This document shows positions 39,518-49,900 of a stretch of DNA of 63,097 bases, piece by piece (the stretch's first letter is position 1; every line of letters begins with the position of its first letter). Below the pieces are notes generated by a model. That model was not told where the DNA came from and did not search any database. It was given only the letters and a program-made list of their open reading frames with translations. The position numbers and the translations under genes were made by a program. Source of the DNA: a virus. The stretch lies in the UHGV virus genome UHGV-0209665. One strand, given 5' to 3'.

Positions 39518-39865
39518 AATAAAATTAAATTTTACGATTTATATAAGAAGGAGCCAAGGCGAAAACCCTTTCGTGATTCAGTTCATAGTGGGAAATTTCG
39601 GCGCCGGAAACGGTAGGGTGGGTATGAAATAAAAATAACAAAAGTATTTGTGATGTTATTTTGATGTTGAAATATTGAAGAAATAAAAATTATATGTGTA
39701 ATACAAATAAATAAGGCATAAAAAAGTATTACAAGAACATGATATAACAGAAAACATCCTGCTAAATCTTGAGTTCGAATAATAAGCAAATCCCGAGAAC
39801 CCTTGAAAATAAAGGGCTCCCGGGATTTTTCCCATCCTCGTGATGTTAATGTGATGTTAAAACTT

Positions 39866-41368
39866 CTATTTTCCACCTATTCCATACAGTTTGCTGTATT
39901 TCGGAATCGTTGTATCAACCATAAACTGATCAAGATTTTTTAAGCTTCCCTGCGACAATTCACAAGATGATATGGCATCAGAGTACATGGCCATAATAAG
40001 ATCTTTGAGAGTTGCCGAAGGTTTAAAAGAAGAAATAGTCTGTATAATTGCATCCCCAAAAGCTATCAAATCCAGATACGTTTCCAGTTTATATCCGTAA
40101 ACCATTTCTGATTCAATATCAATCCCATACTTTATAAAGATGTTTTTGTTGTTTTTTCGTATATGTTCGTTTCCTTGCTGCTCAGCCGTTGCCAGGGCGT
40201 GTTGGCTGAGCCGGCCAAGCGGCGAACCGGGTACCATATCTACAACAATGCCATCGGCTCCGTTTTCGGCGACGGATGAAGTCTCCTGTTCTTTTTTAAT
40301 AACACCTTCTATTCTTTGCGCTAGCTCCCTGTCTGTTCCAGGATAAAGGTGTGAGTAAGTATCCCACGTGGTTTTTATGGAATCATGCCCGAGGCGACGG
40401 GAGATCTCTTCGATTGCAAATCCCATATTAACCAGCATGGCCACATGGCTGTGTCTCAGATCATGAACTCTTATCTCTTTGTCTCCAGAACGCTTGATCA
40501 TCCTTTTGAATTCGCTGTAAAGTCCGCCCTTTTTGAAATAGAATATACGTTCTTCCGGTTCAAGGCACATACTGTCTATGAATTCAAGAACTTCTGCATG
40601 TATAGAATTTGGTATTGTGATTTTCCGTATGCTCCGCTTTGTCTTTGGAGTTAAAAAATATTCAATACCATCTACTACGGCATAGTTCTTATTTACATCT
40701 ACAATTGCGGTATCTCGTGGAAAATCTTCCGGTGTAAGCGCAAGCAGCTCCCCCTCTCTCATGCCGCTGTAAAAAAGCAGCTTGAAAGCAACTATATAAG
40801 ACGGTTTCTGTTCAAACTGCATAGTATGTTCAAATTCTTCTTTGGTCCAGAAATTCATTTCTTCAGCTCGGCTTTTCCCGATGCTTCCTGCGACATAACA
40901 TGGATTTATTCCAAGTTTGTAGTATTTGACTGCATAGTTAAACACAGCCGAAAGCTGTGAGTTTATTGAGTGCAGATATGTTTCGGCATAAGGCTCACCT
41001 TTTTCATTACGATAATCAATTAAGCTATTCTGCCACCTTCTAACAAGATCTGCATCAATGTCGCATATCTGCATTTTCCCGAAATAAGGAAGCAGCTTTG
41101 TTTCGACAATGTATCTCTTACCCTTTAATGTTGTCGGCTTCAGTCTGGATTCCATATCTTCCATATAATTTCCGGCCAAAGAGGAAAAGAGGATTGTTGG
41201 GCTTTTAGAATACTTATCCAAGAACAGCCGTTCATACTCTTTTGCAGCTCCTTTTGTATCAAATCCACGTTTGCATTTATGCTTTTTTTCGCCGAGCCAG
41301 TCTGTGTAGTAAAAATTTGCATACCATTTTGTTTTCCCGTCCTTTGTTTGATATTTATATGCAGGCAT
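39866..41368 (-). CDS. int: tyrosine integrase with N-terminal AP2-like DNA-binding domain and ~150-aa C-terminal extension
   Basis: HDLRHSH and TWDTYSHLY catalytic motifs; N-terminal KYQTKDGKTKWYANFYY AP2-like region. Confidence 0.85.
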   Translation of the reverse strand: MPAYKYQTKDGKTKWYANFYYTDWLGEKKHKCKRGFDTKGAAKEYERLFLDKYSKSPTILFSSLAGNYMEDMESRLKPTTLKGKRYIVETKLLPYFGKMQICDIDADLVRRWQNSLIDYRNEKGEPYAETYLHSINSQLSAVFNYAVKYYKLGINPCYVAGSIGKSRAEEMNFWTKEEFEHTMQFEQKPSYIVAFKLLFYSGMREGELLALTPEDFPRDTAIVDVNKNYAVVDGIEYFLTPKTKRSIRKITIPNSIHAEVLEFIDSMCLEPEERIFYFKKGGLYSEFKRMIKRSGDKEIRVHDLRHSHVAMLVNMGFAIEEISRRLGHDSIKTTWDTYSHLYPGTDRELAQRIEGVIKKEQETSSVAENGADGIVVDMVPGSPLGRLSQHALATAEQQGNEHIRKNNKNIFIKYGIDIESEMVYGYKLETYLDLIAFGDAIIQTISSFKPSATLKDLIMAMYSDAISSCELSQGSLKNLDQFMVDTTIPKYSKLYGIGGK

Positions 41369-41393
41369 ATTATTTCTCCTTGTTGCATAGTAT

Positions 41394-41422
41394 TTGACAA
41401 ATGGAAATGTATTGGATATAAT
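41394..41422 (+). promoter_or_regulatory. consensus sigma-A promoter (TTGACA-17-TATAAT)
   Basis: Perfect hexamers with 17-nt spacer, oriented away from int. Confidence 0.55.
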
Positions 41423-41428
41423 GTACTT

Positions 41429-41527
41429 AACAAGGGAATCGTTGGTCAGTGTACACCTGACCGCCGGTAAAATATGTAACTATAAAAATAGCGCCTTATC
41501 TTACCAGGACAGGGGCGCTATTTTTTG
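41429..41527 (+). ncRNA. candidate ~100-nt small RNA (consensus promoter, internal GGTCAG/CTGACC hairpin, intrinsic terminator)
   Basis: Promoter at 41394-41422; hairpin at 41444-41462; terminator stem 41488-41520 plus T-run 41521-41526; no coding potential. Confidence 0.35.
41488..41527. terminator. bidirectional rho-independent terminator
   Basis: ATAGCGCC...GGCGCTAT stem flanked by A-run and T-run; also terminates the - strand 42236..41685 gene. Confidence 0.6.
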
Positions 41528-41684
41528 TGCTTCATTATCGTTACGACAAGGGTAATTACAGCACAAAGCATGATGACAAAAGTAAACAAGTCACTGTATG
41601 TAACCATAAGCACCAGCCTCCTTTCTTTCGTCCGGCGGCTGTATAGCACCTCAACGGTTCCCCGGTTAAGTACATTATATATTC

Positions 41685-42236
41685 CTATCTGTCTTTCAGT
41701 TTTTCAAAATCTCCCATGATCATCCGTTTCCCGCTTTTTGACATTCCCCTATAATAAAGAATGATATCTTGTTCTTCCTCGGAGGATATGATTGTCTGAA
41801 ACGGGACGGCGCCGATCAAGAAATCAATAGAAGTGTTTAGCACTTTAGAGATCTTGGCCAACACGTCTATATTTGGAGTTATTGCTCCGCTTAAAATTTC
41901 CAGAGCAGTTTGTACGGATATTTCTACACGGTTCGCTAGATCTTCCGGAGACATATTCGCATCCTGCATCAGATCAGAGATACGTGATCCGATGCAAGGC
42001 ATCCTCGTTTCCGGATCAAGCGCAATCCACTGAGATTTTGATTTTCCTAATAAATAATCTGAAGGAACATGGAAAAATTCTGCTATCTTATTTAAAACCT
42101 GTGCGGACGGATTTGTATATCCTCTTTCAATGTTTGAAATTACCTGTCCTGAGCACCCGGCATACTCACCGAGCTGCAACTGGGTGGCCCCGGATTCTGT
42201 CCGCAATTCCTTTATCTTTTCTCCAATATTACTCAT
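41685..42236 (-). CDS. tandem XRE-HTH domain regulator
   Basis: Two HTH_XRE-like segments (QLGEYAGCSGQVISNIERG and DLANRVEISVQTALEILSG). Confidence 0.6.
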   Translation of the reverse strand: MSNIGEKIKELRTESGATQLQLGEYAGCSGQVISNIERGYTNPSAQVLNKIAEFFHVPSDYLLGKSKSQWIALDPETRMPCIGSRISDLMQDANMSPEDLANRVEISVQTALEILSGAITPNIDVLAKISKVLNTSIDFLIGAVPFQTIISSEEEQDIILYYRGMSKSGKRMIMGDFEKLKDR

Positions 42237-42246
42237 ACAACCATAC

Positions 42247-42771
42247 CTATTTTAAAGCGTTGTTTAAATACGGAACAATTTTGTTAAAATCTTCTAAGTT
42301 TACCATAGAGGTATTTTGTTTGAAGGAACCGTCAGCACCCTTTAATAATTGGAACGAAATCATGTCCAGACCAGTTTCTTCTTCAAGCACAATTATTGTC
42401 ACGGAATCATACGGAAGCTTTTCTGGATTCTCGCGACAATAATTACCATATAGTGACAATGAAGATTGTATGTCACTCCATAGAGCCTCAATAGACTTTT
42501 CTGATAGAGTATATCCAGTATCAAGAGTAACGTATAAATCATTATCTGATATAGAATATTTTGCTTTTTCTCCAAATGATTCTAAAACCCAAGCCTTTGC
42601 TCCAGCTTGCGACATATCTTCTTGAGCCTTTTCTTTTTTTAATTCGGTTAATTCTTTTTGAACCTTTTCTAATTCGCTAACTTTTGTGTCATAATTCTCT
42701 TGAGAAACGGAAGATGCACATCCAGTCAACATAGTGGCCGAAATAAACAACGCAATTAAAATCCTTTTCAT
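42247..42771 (-). CDS. lipoprotein (signal peptide + LTGC lipobox), candidate superinfection-exclusion protein
   Basis: MKRILIALFISATMLTGCASS; located between int and the repressor. Confidence 0.5.
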   Translation of the reverse strand: MKRILIALFISATMLTGCASSVSQENYDTKVSELEKVQKELTELKKEKAQEDMSQAGAKAWVLESFGEKAKYSISDNDLYVTLDTGYTLSEKSIEALWSDIQSSLSLYGNYCRENPEKLPYDSVTIIVLEEETGLDMISFQLLKGADGSFKQNTSMVNLEDFNKIVPYLNNALK

Positions 42772-42810
42772 ATTATTTCCTCCTCCCCCTTCGGTACCAC
42801 TCGAAGGGTA

Positions 42811-43164
42811 TTATTTTGCTTCTTTCAATTTTCTCGAACCCTCATTTTCTTGATTCATTCTCTTAATATATCCTTTTAATTCTCCTTTGAATTCTAATTG
42901 GGCGTCCATTGGCAGCTGATGTATTAAAGAAATCCACTCAGCATCAGATTGAGAAATACAGTTATTATGTCGATTTTTTCCATATACGAGAAAATCTAAT
43001 GAAACCCCAAAATGTTCAGAAAAACGCACAAGCATTTCTCCGCTTGGCAATTTCCCGGATTTCCAATTAGCCATAGAACCTTTGCTCATGCCAAGTTCTG
43101 TAAGTAATGTTGTTGGTTTTATGTTCTTTTCTTTACATAGTTTTAAAAGTTGATCGTAAAACAA
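42811..43164 (-). CDS. CI-like repressor (XRE HTH)
   Basis: HTH near the N-terminus; divergent from the early operon. Confidence 0.6.
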   Translation of the reverse strand: MFYDQLLKLCKEKNIKPTTLLTELGMSKGSMANWKSGKLPSGEMLVRFSEHFGVSLDFLVYGKNRHNNCISQSDAEWISLIHQLPMDAQLEFKGELKGYIKRMNQENEGSRKLKEAK

Positions 43165-43196
43165 AAAAACTCCTTTCCTAAAAAAAGTTCAAAAAA

Positions 43197-43238
43197 ATGC
43201 ACATAACTATTGACAAGTGCATTTTAATGCACTATTAT
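43197..43238 (+). promoter_or_regulatory. promoter TTGACA-17-TATTAT with ATGCAC/GTGCAT operator half-sites in and around the spacer
   Basis: Half-sites at 43197-43202, 43217-43222 and 43227-43232. Confidence 0.4.
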
Positions 43239-43320
43239 TAAAGTGTAATAACCAAATGTTTAAAACATTTTTCAAAAAAAGAGTGACGGCAATCACTCAA
43301 GGTGTAATGCAACTGAATAA

Positions 43321-43536
43321 TTATTGATCGGCTTCTACTAAAAGAGCCTTGTTATTTTCTTCAATCATAACAGATACAGCTCTTATTATTGCTTCTGCGG
43401 AAGCTTGCAATATTGAAGCGTCATTTAGTTTAACGCCGCTGTTTTCGATACTGGACAGAATCTTACGGTTGGCATCTGAAAATTCTGTCAATCCAATATT
43501 TTGAAGTTGCTCGGCCCATGATGATGAATTATTCAT
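43321..43536 (-). CDS. hypothetical small protein (71 aa) in the switch region
   Basis: ORF with AGGAG RBS. Confidence 0.35.
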   Translation of the reverse strand: MNNSSSWAEQLQNIGLTEFSDANRKILSSIENSGVKLNDASILQASAEAIIRAVSVMIEENNKALLVEADQ

Positions 43537-43561
43537 ATCTGATACTCCTTTCTGTGATTGT

Positions 43562-43627
43562 TAACGTATAACGTTATTCTAAGACAAAATTGAACGAATG
43601 TAAACAACAAATGTAATTAACAAATGT
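43562..43627 (+). promoter_or_regulatory. operator-like repeats upstream of the early operon (TAACGT-ATA-ACGTTA inverted repeat; AACAAATGT direct repeats)
   Basis: Seen directly. Confidence 0.35.
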
Positions 43628-43863
43628 TTAAAGACGATAAGGGGGTGGAAAATGTGAAACGAACTCTTCCGACATGGTGCAAAGAAGTTAAAAAGTCCAT
43701 GATTGATGATGATATAAACATGACGGAACTGGCTGAGCGTGTTGGTATGTGCCGGAATTATGTATCTGGTGTTGTTAATGGTCGAGTTTATGCACCGGAG
43801 ATTGCGAAGAAGATAAGCCAGGACAGAAATATCACAGTTCCATATACGGAAAATATCGTTTGA
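43624..43863 (+). CDS. Cro/CII-like HTH protein
   Basis: MTELAERVGMCRNYVSGVVNG HTH; first gene of the rightward early operon; start may be GTG 43651. Confidence 0.5.
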   Translation: MFKDDKGVENVKRTLPTWCKEVKKSMIDDDINMTELAERVGMCRNYVSGVVNGRVYAPEIAKKISQDRNITVPYTENIV

Positions 43864-43895
43864 TTATATTTTAGCTTAGCGAGGAGGAAAATTAA

Positions 43896-44372
43896 ATGGG
43901 AAAGCATGCTACGAAAGCGGGGGAAAACATATTTACCCAGGCACGTTACAATGCGGCAAAGTTCAATGACCGCCTAAACAGCAGAGAAGGTGCATCGGAA
44001 GAACTTGGAATAGATAGAAGTCGTCTGGCACGCATAGAACTTGGAAGCAAGAATCCATTTCCGGACGAGGTGCTGATGATGTCAGATATTTACAACGCAC
44101 CAGAGCTGAAATCTTATTACTGTAAAAATATGTGTCCGCTTGGAAAAGATTTTCCGGAAATTAGGGTAGAGGCGTTGGACAGGATTAGTATTAAGGCCTT
44201 GTCATCGTTCAGAAAAATTTCTGCTGCGAAAGAACTTCTTCTTGATATTACTGAGGATGGCGTAATAACGGAAGATGAAAAGGAAGATCTCAACAAGATT
44301 ATCAAGACATTGGACGAGTTGAATAAAATTACACAGAGCTTAAAAATTTGGGCTGAAAAAAATTTAGAGTAA
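43896..44372 (+). CDS. XRE-family HTH protein (158 aa)
   Basis: ELGIDRSRLARIELG HTH. Confidence 0.5.
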   Translation: MGKHATKAGENIFTQARYNAAKFNDRLNSREGASEELGIDRSRLARIELGSKNPFPDEVLMMSDIYNAPELKSYYCKNMCPLGKDFPEIRVEALDRISIKALSSFRKISAAKELLLDITEDGVITEDEKEDLNKIIKTLDELNKITQSLKIWAEKNLE

Positions 44373-44385
44373 AGGAGGCGGTTGT

Positions 44386-44601
44386 ATGGCTGCTGGCATC
44401 GTAAAAGAAATTAACAGTACAAACCGTTCATATTACATGGTAAACGACATAACTGAATTGCTTGGAATAAGCCGGTCAAAAGCGTATGAAATGATTCGCA
44501 CGATGCGAAAAGAGTGCATCGCATCCGGTAAACTTACAAAGGCTTATCCGTCCGGAAGAATTCCAAAAAAATATTTCAATGAACATTGCATGATTGAGTA
44601 G
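44386..44601 (+). CDS. excisionase-like / MerR-type HTH DNA-binding protein
   Basis: YMVNDITELLGISRSKAYEMIR motif. Confidence 0.45.
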   Translation: MAAGIVKEINSTNRSYYMVNDITELLGISRSKAYEMIRTMRKECIASGKLTKAYPSGRIPKKYFNEHCMIE

Positions 44602-44614
44602 GAGGTGGAAGAAA

Positions 44615-44782
44615 ATGTATTATCGTACATGTCCGGAATGTGGAAGTAATCTGGATCCGGGAGAACAATGTGACTGTAATGAGGAAAAAGAGTTCAGGAA
44701 AGAAGAGTCAAAGCGTGTTTCTAGGATGTTAAAAATTGAGGAAAGCGGTCAAATGAGTATTTTATTTGAGGAGGCAGTATGA
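44615..44782 (+). CDS. zinc-ribbon protein (55 aa)
   Basis: CPECG...CDC; AGGAGG RBS before ATG 44615. Confidence 0.35.
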   Translation: MYYRTCPECGSNLDPGEQCDCNEEKEFRKEESKRVSRMLKIEESGQMSILFEEAV

Positions 44783-45135
44783 AGGTACTTAGATTATACG
44801 ATCTGATAAATGATAAAGAAACAATTATTATTTGCTATAGGTATCCAAGAACTGCCGTCCTTAGGCAGATGGATGCCGAGAAAATAGAGAACGAAAGGAG
44901 GAAAAGGAAAAGACAGATTTTCGTAAGAAAGATAAAGGAAGCGGCAATTTCTGCCATTGAGATTGCTGTATCCATAGTAGCTGGTTTGGCATTTTTGCAT
45001 ATCATATCCGAGAAGCTTCTTGAAATACGAGGGTATGAAGCTCTTGGTGGAGAAGTAATAGCGGCAGGATTTATCACATTTTTTACATTTTATGTTTTCG
45101 AATGGATAGGAGATCGGATATGGACAAGAAGATGA
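44779..45135 (+). CDS. small membrane protein
   Basis: Two C-terminal hydrophobic helices. Confidence 0.35.
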   Translation: MKVLRLYDLINDKETIIICYRYPRTAVLRQMDAEKIENERRKRKRQIFVRKIKEAAISAIEIAVSIVAGLAFLHIISEKLLEIRGYEALGGEVIAAGFITFFTFYVFEWIGDRIWTRR

Positions 45136-45359
45136 TTGATGATGCAATAGGATTTGAGATACCAGAAGAGCTTTATGAAAACGCTGTGATTTCGGCAAGA
45201 AAAAAACTCCAATCACTAATACAGCGTTTTGGCGATTGCAACGGTGTTAGACGGACACCGGGCTATCTGGCTGAATTAGTGATTGAAGCCATTAAGTCAG
45301 AACTTTTAACCAAATACACTCTGACGATGGCGATTGCCGATCAGGCGCATGAGAATTAA
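45102..45359 (+). CDS. hypothetical protein (85 aa)
   Basis: ORF in the early operon. Confidence 0.3.
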   Translation: MDRRSDMDKKMIDDAIGFEIPEELYENAVISARKKLQSLIQRFGDCNGVRRTPGYLAELVIEAIKSELLTKYTLTMAIADQAHEN

Positions 45360-45399
45360 AAGCAATTTTATTTTAGCACATGAAAGAGAGGAAAGCAAT

Positions 45400-46518
45400 A
45401 TGAAAGATGTAATGGCATCATTGCCGGAAGTAATAAAAGAGTACAAAGGTTATAATCTGTTAATCCCGACAGCGACAGATGTTCAGCTCAACCCATTCTA
45501 TAAATTCCATGTGGAAGAAGTTGCGGTGGATTTGAGTGAAACAAGTGGAGATATTTTCAAAGTCGGATCCGTTGACACTGGCAGAAAAGACGACAAAGGA
45601 AACAAGATATATGCGGACGCCTTCTCCCTGTCCAAACCGTTACTAAATAAAATGGCTATGGCGGCTGGTATTCAGTTCAATCCCGAACAGACATATGGGG
45701 AACGGATCAACCGGGTGACGTACCGGGCACATGCACAGGGTGCTATGCGAAAAGCCGATGGAACCTGTCGAACCGAAACGGACCAGAAAGAAATTTGTCT
45801 TGAAGATGAAGAGGAAAAATACAGAATCGAATTCTCTGATAAAGCTGCAAGAGGGATAACCGATGATAAACAGGCAAAAGCCGCAGCTGAGATCTTTAAA
45901 GGAACGTGGACTAAAGCAAAGAATAAATGTGGGAAAACAGTTGATGCCTATGTGATTGATGAGGTAGACCGTGAGAAGTACATTGAAAGATCAGTCATGG
46001 TAAATATGGCGTTACTAAAAAAGACTTGGGCGGAAAAGGCAATCACAGGAGCAAAACTACGAGTAATAAGAGCCTTGCTTGGCGTAAAAGGTACGTACAC
46101 AAAAGAGGAACTGAAAAAGAATTTCGCAATTCCTACAGTAGTTTTTTCTCCAGATTACTCGGAGCCGTCGGTAAGACAGGCGATGCTTACCCAAGGGATC
46201 AGTTCTGTAAATAATATGTTTGGCGTTGGGGCCCTTCCGGTAAAAAGAATGGATTTTGAAAACGAGGATACATTCGATGCAGAGGCATTTGAAAACAATC
46301 CAGCATTTCAAAGTGACGCTTCGGAAGATGACGTAATGGATATTCCGGAAAACATTCCTGATGAACCACATACAAAGGAGCCGACATCTCCGTCGGAGAA
46401 TGAAGGATATTTCTGTGACGGATGCGGAATTGAAATTAATGAGAGGGTGTACGAATATTCACTGAATAAATACGGACGTCCGCTGTGCATTAAATGCCAG
46501 AGAGGGGGCAGCAGGTAA
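45400..46518 (+). CDS. hypothetical early protein with C-terminal CxxC...CxxC zinc ribbon (possible recombination/annealing function)
   Basis: 372 aa upstream of the SbcCD-like gene; no family recognised. Confidence 0.35.
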   Translation: MKDVMASLPEVIKEYKGYNLLIPTATDVQLNPFYKFHVEEVAVDLSETSGDIFKVGSVDTGRKDDKGNKIYADAFSLSKPLLNKMAMAAGIQFNPEQTYGERINRVTYRAHAQGAMRKADGTCRTETDQKEICLEDEEEKYRIEFSDKAARGITDDKQAKAAAEIFKGTWTKAKNKCGKTVDAYVIDEVDREKYIERSVMVNMALLKKTWAEKAITGAKLRVIRALLGVKGTYTKEELKKNFAIPTVVFSPDYSEPSVRQAMLTQGISSVNNMFGVGALPVKRMDFENEDTFDAEAFENNPAFQSDASEDDVMDIPENIPDEPHTKEPTSPSENEGYFCDGCGIEINERVYEYSLNKYGRPLCIKCQRGGSR

Positions 46519-46934
46519 TGAAGATGATCAAGATTACTACTGGCAATCAAATTTCTGTTCATGACTTTCCGGATGGGAGCATTTCAGAACAAACGAAGTT
46601 GCTGTGCAAGTACATAGGACCGGAATGCGAGCTGGTAGAACACGTAATGCCAAAACGATTATATACAGAACTCAATGCTCCTCGTAAAAGAGGAAATTGC
46701 GTAAGCATGTTGGTTGATGAAGACGGATATTACCATGAATTATCCCCAAATATCATCGGCTCATGGCTTTATGAAACAGATATTCATGGGTATCCAATAC
46801 TTGGAAACATATTGATTGTAGGCGAACAATGGATAAACGAAGGAATTTCTTTTTGCGGATTAACAGAAGAGCAGTTTTCCCTGCTCTTTCCACAGCTTAG
46901 AAATTTAACAGAGAAAGCGAGGAAAAACGGATGA
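46518..46934 (+). CDS. hypothetical protein (138 aa)
   Basis: ATG 46518 preceded by a G-rich RBS. Confidence 0.3.
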   Translation: MKMIKITTGNQISVHDFPDGSISEQTKLLCKYIGPECELVEHVMPKRLYTELNAPRKRGNCVSMLVDEDGYYHELSPNIIGSWLYETDIHGYPILGNILIVGEQWINEGISFCGLTEEQFSLLFPQLRNLTEKARKNG

Positions 46935-49900
46935 AAATATTACACACAGCAGACTGGCATATAGGACAGTTTAAAGGACCTGTTGAGGATGGAGTAAATC
47001 TCCGTTCTCTTGATACCATTAAATGCCTTGAGTATATGGTTAAAGTTGCGGAAGAAGAGAAGCCGGATATGGTGTGCATTAGCGGGGATATCTTCCACCA
47101 AGAGCAGATAGGACCGGTTAGGTACTCTGATGAAATGGTTACGGCCACGAGGATTATCGAGGGATTGGCAGAGCGCTCCAAGTTTGTAGTTGTGATGCGT
47201 GGAACACCGAATCACGATGGAGCCGGACAGTTTCGGGTTCTGGAAAAGATGCTGTCGAAGAATAAAAAAATTGCAGTTGTCACTACACCGCAGGTTATCT
47301 CTACTCCAATAGCGGATGTTGCCTGTATTCCCGGGTTTGACAAACAGGAATTTCGAGCGAAATTCCCTGGCTTGTCTGCAGAGGAAGAAAATCTGACATG
47401 GACCAAGTATATATCAGATATGGTTATGGGGTTAAGGGCGCAATGCTCAAATACAAATATCATACCAGATATGACTCCTGCAATTTTGATGGCACATTAT
47501 ACAGTGCCAGGATGCAACATGGAATCTGGACAAACCTCATTCTTTTCAAATTTTGAACCTGTTATTCCAAGAGAAGCCATACAAGCGGCGGATTATTCGG
47601 CAGTTCTTTTAGGACACATCCACCGTCCGCAGACCATAGAGGGACTGGAAAACGTATTTTATTCTGGCGCAATAAATGCAATGAATTTTAATGATGAGGG
47701 ACAAAGCAGAGGGTTCTGGATACATGAATTTGACGGGAGAAGACTTAAATCCGGAAAGCGATATGAGACTCCGTACAGGAAGTTTCAGACGGTAACATGG
47801 GCACAAGAGGATGTTGAGAATTATCTCTGCCGGGGAAAGGAGTTTCTCTTTACAGAGGGATATCCGTTCCTTGTATCAGATAAAATTGTCAGAATCAAAT
47901 ATAGCTGTACTGTTGAACAGAAAAAGGCACTTAATATACCGGTTTTGCAGTCTGATTTATATGAGATGGGTGCATTCTATGTAGCTGACATTGAAGCGGA
48001 AAGTATGGTTGATGTAGCAAACAGAGGTCTCTTGTCAGAGGAAAGCGATCCGTTGCTCAACTTGAAAAAATGGCTCTCTGAGAAATGTGTAAAAGATGCG
48101 GACAAGATCGTTGAACTGGGCGAACCAATTATTTCAGTTGCTATGAAGTCGGAAACGACATCAGAGAACCATGGAGTTTTCCGTCCGGTATCAATCTCGG
48201 TTAAGAACTATCGAAATTATAAAGAAGAAGGTTTTGATTTTTCTGATGTTTCATTTTGCTCTATCAATGGTGTAAATGGAGCGGGAAAGAGCAGTCTTTT
48301 CATGGATGCTATTGCTGATTGCCTATACGAAGAAACAAGAGAAGGGGATAACAAAGCATGGATCCGAGGGACGGAAGATGCAAGAAGTGGCTCGATAGAA
48401 TTTGTGTTTGATATTGGGGATAAGCGTTTCCGGGTTGTGCGGACAAGAACGAAGTCAGGCAGGGCAACCTTGAACATTTCGCAAAAGGATGGAGAAGAAT
48501 GGCTGAACCTGTCTGCAGAGAGAATAAAAGATACACAGGCTGAAATAGAGAAAATCCTTGGTATGGATTCAATGACATTCCGCAGCTGCGCTTTAATCAT
48601 GCAGGACCAGTATGGGTTATTCTTGCAGGCTAAGAAAGAAGATCGCATGACTATCCTTGGAAATTTATTGGGGCTTTCGGTTTATGGTCTGATGGAACAG
48701 GAAGCAAAGAAGCTTCTGGCAGATACAAAGCGGAATCTTCTTTCTAAGAAGGAAGCTGTAAAAGTAAAATCCGAGTTCGTTGCAGAAAAAGGAAATCCGG
48801 ACGGAGAACTTGAGAATTTGGAAAAAGAGGCTTCTGAATTTGACCAGATACGTAAGATGACAGAACAGGACATTGAGGTATGCAAAAAGCAGATTGCAGA
48901 CCGTAAAGAGGCACAGGATAAAAGTACTGAACTTTTGCAATCTACTGATACAGAGAAAAAAGCGCTTCTCTCAATACAATCCGAAAAAGAAGCAGCAGAG
49001 AAAGAAATGGAAACGTGCGATGTTTTTCTGAAAAATTCTGAAATCATCATGGCGAAAGCGGCGGAATATGAAGCTGCGGAAGAAACCGTAAAAAAACTGG
49101 CTCCCGATGTAATGGAATACGAGTCGTGCAAGCGATCTTTGGAAGAAAAACAAAACCAGATCCTGCGTTATGAAAATATTATTAACACAACTCAAATTCA
49201 GAACCGATCAATAGAGGAACAACTTTCTAAGATTGAGACTGCAGAGGAAGAACTTATTTCGCAGAAGCTTTCTGAGCTTGAAGACAAACGAAAGGAACTT
49301 GCAGAAATACGGGAGAAAAAGGACCGGTGTTCAGCCGTATGTGCAGAGGTAAATAAGAAGCATGGAGAAGTAACCGAAACTGTACATGGTCTTTCTACAC
49401 AATTGCGGCTCGCAGAGTCGGATCTTGATTCGTACAAGAAACAGCAGGAGTTTATGGATAATTCCGGATGCCCTGATATTGAAAATGCAACATGCAGATT
49501 TCTTGAAAAAGCCAGGGAAGATGTTGCGAAAATCAAAAAGACGGAAGAAGAGATAGCGGAAATAAAAGAAAGTATCCGAATTGCCAAAGAAGATTACGCA
49601 ACGTATGCAGCTGAAAAGAAAAAGGAGATTGCAGAAATCGGGTATTCAGAGGAACAGGAGAAGAACGTTCTTAGTGAAATCACTAATCTGGAGACTTACC
49701 AAAAGCGGAAAGATGAGATAGACAGACTGAAAGCTTTAAAAGCCCGTTTAGAAGGGGAGAAAGCCTCTAATGATAAAACAATAGTTTCATGTACTGAAAA
49801 TGTCTCTACGGTCAAATTAGAAAGCCATAAGATAACGGAAAACGTTTTAAAGCTAACTGAAACAGTTGAAAGATATCAAGAAGCAAAACGAATATCGGAA

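Noticed and set aside
39560-39640. tRNA-like segment in the putative attP region
   Set aside because: No acceptor stem / T-loop (GTTCGAATC-like) cloverleaf could be drawn.
41525-41719. ORF of 64 aa on the + strand downstream of the candidate sRNA
   Set aside because: It starts inside the terminator, overlaps the 3' end of the - strand regulator gene and has no RBS.
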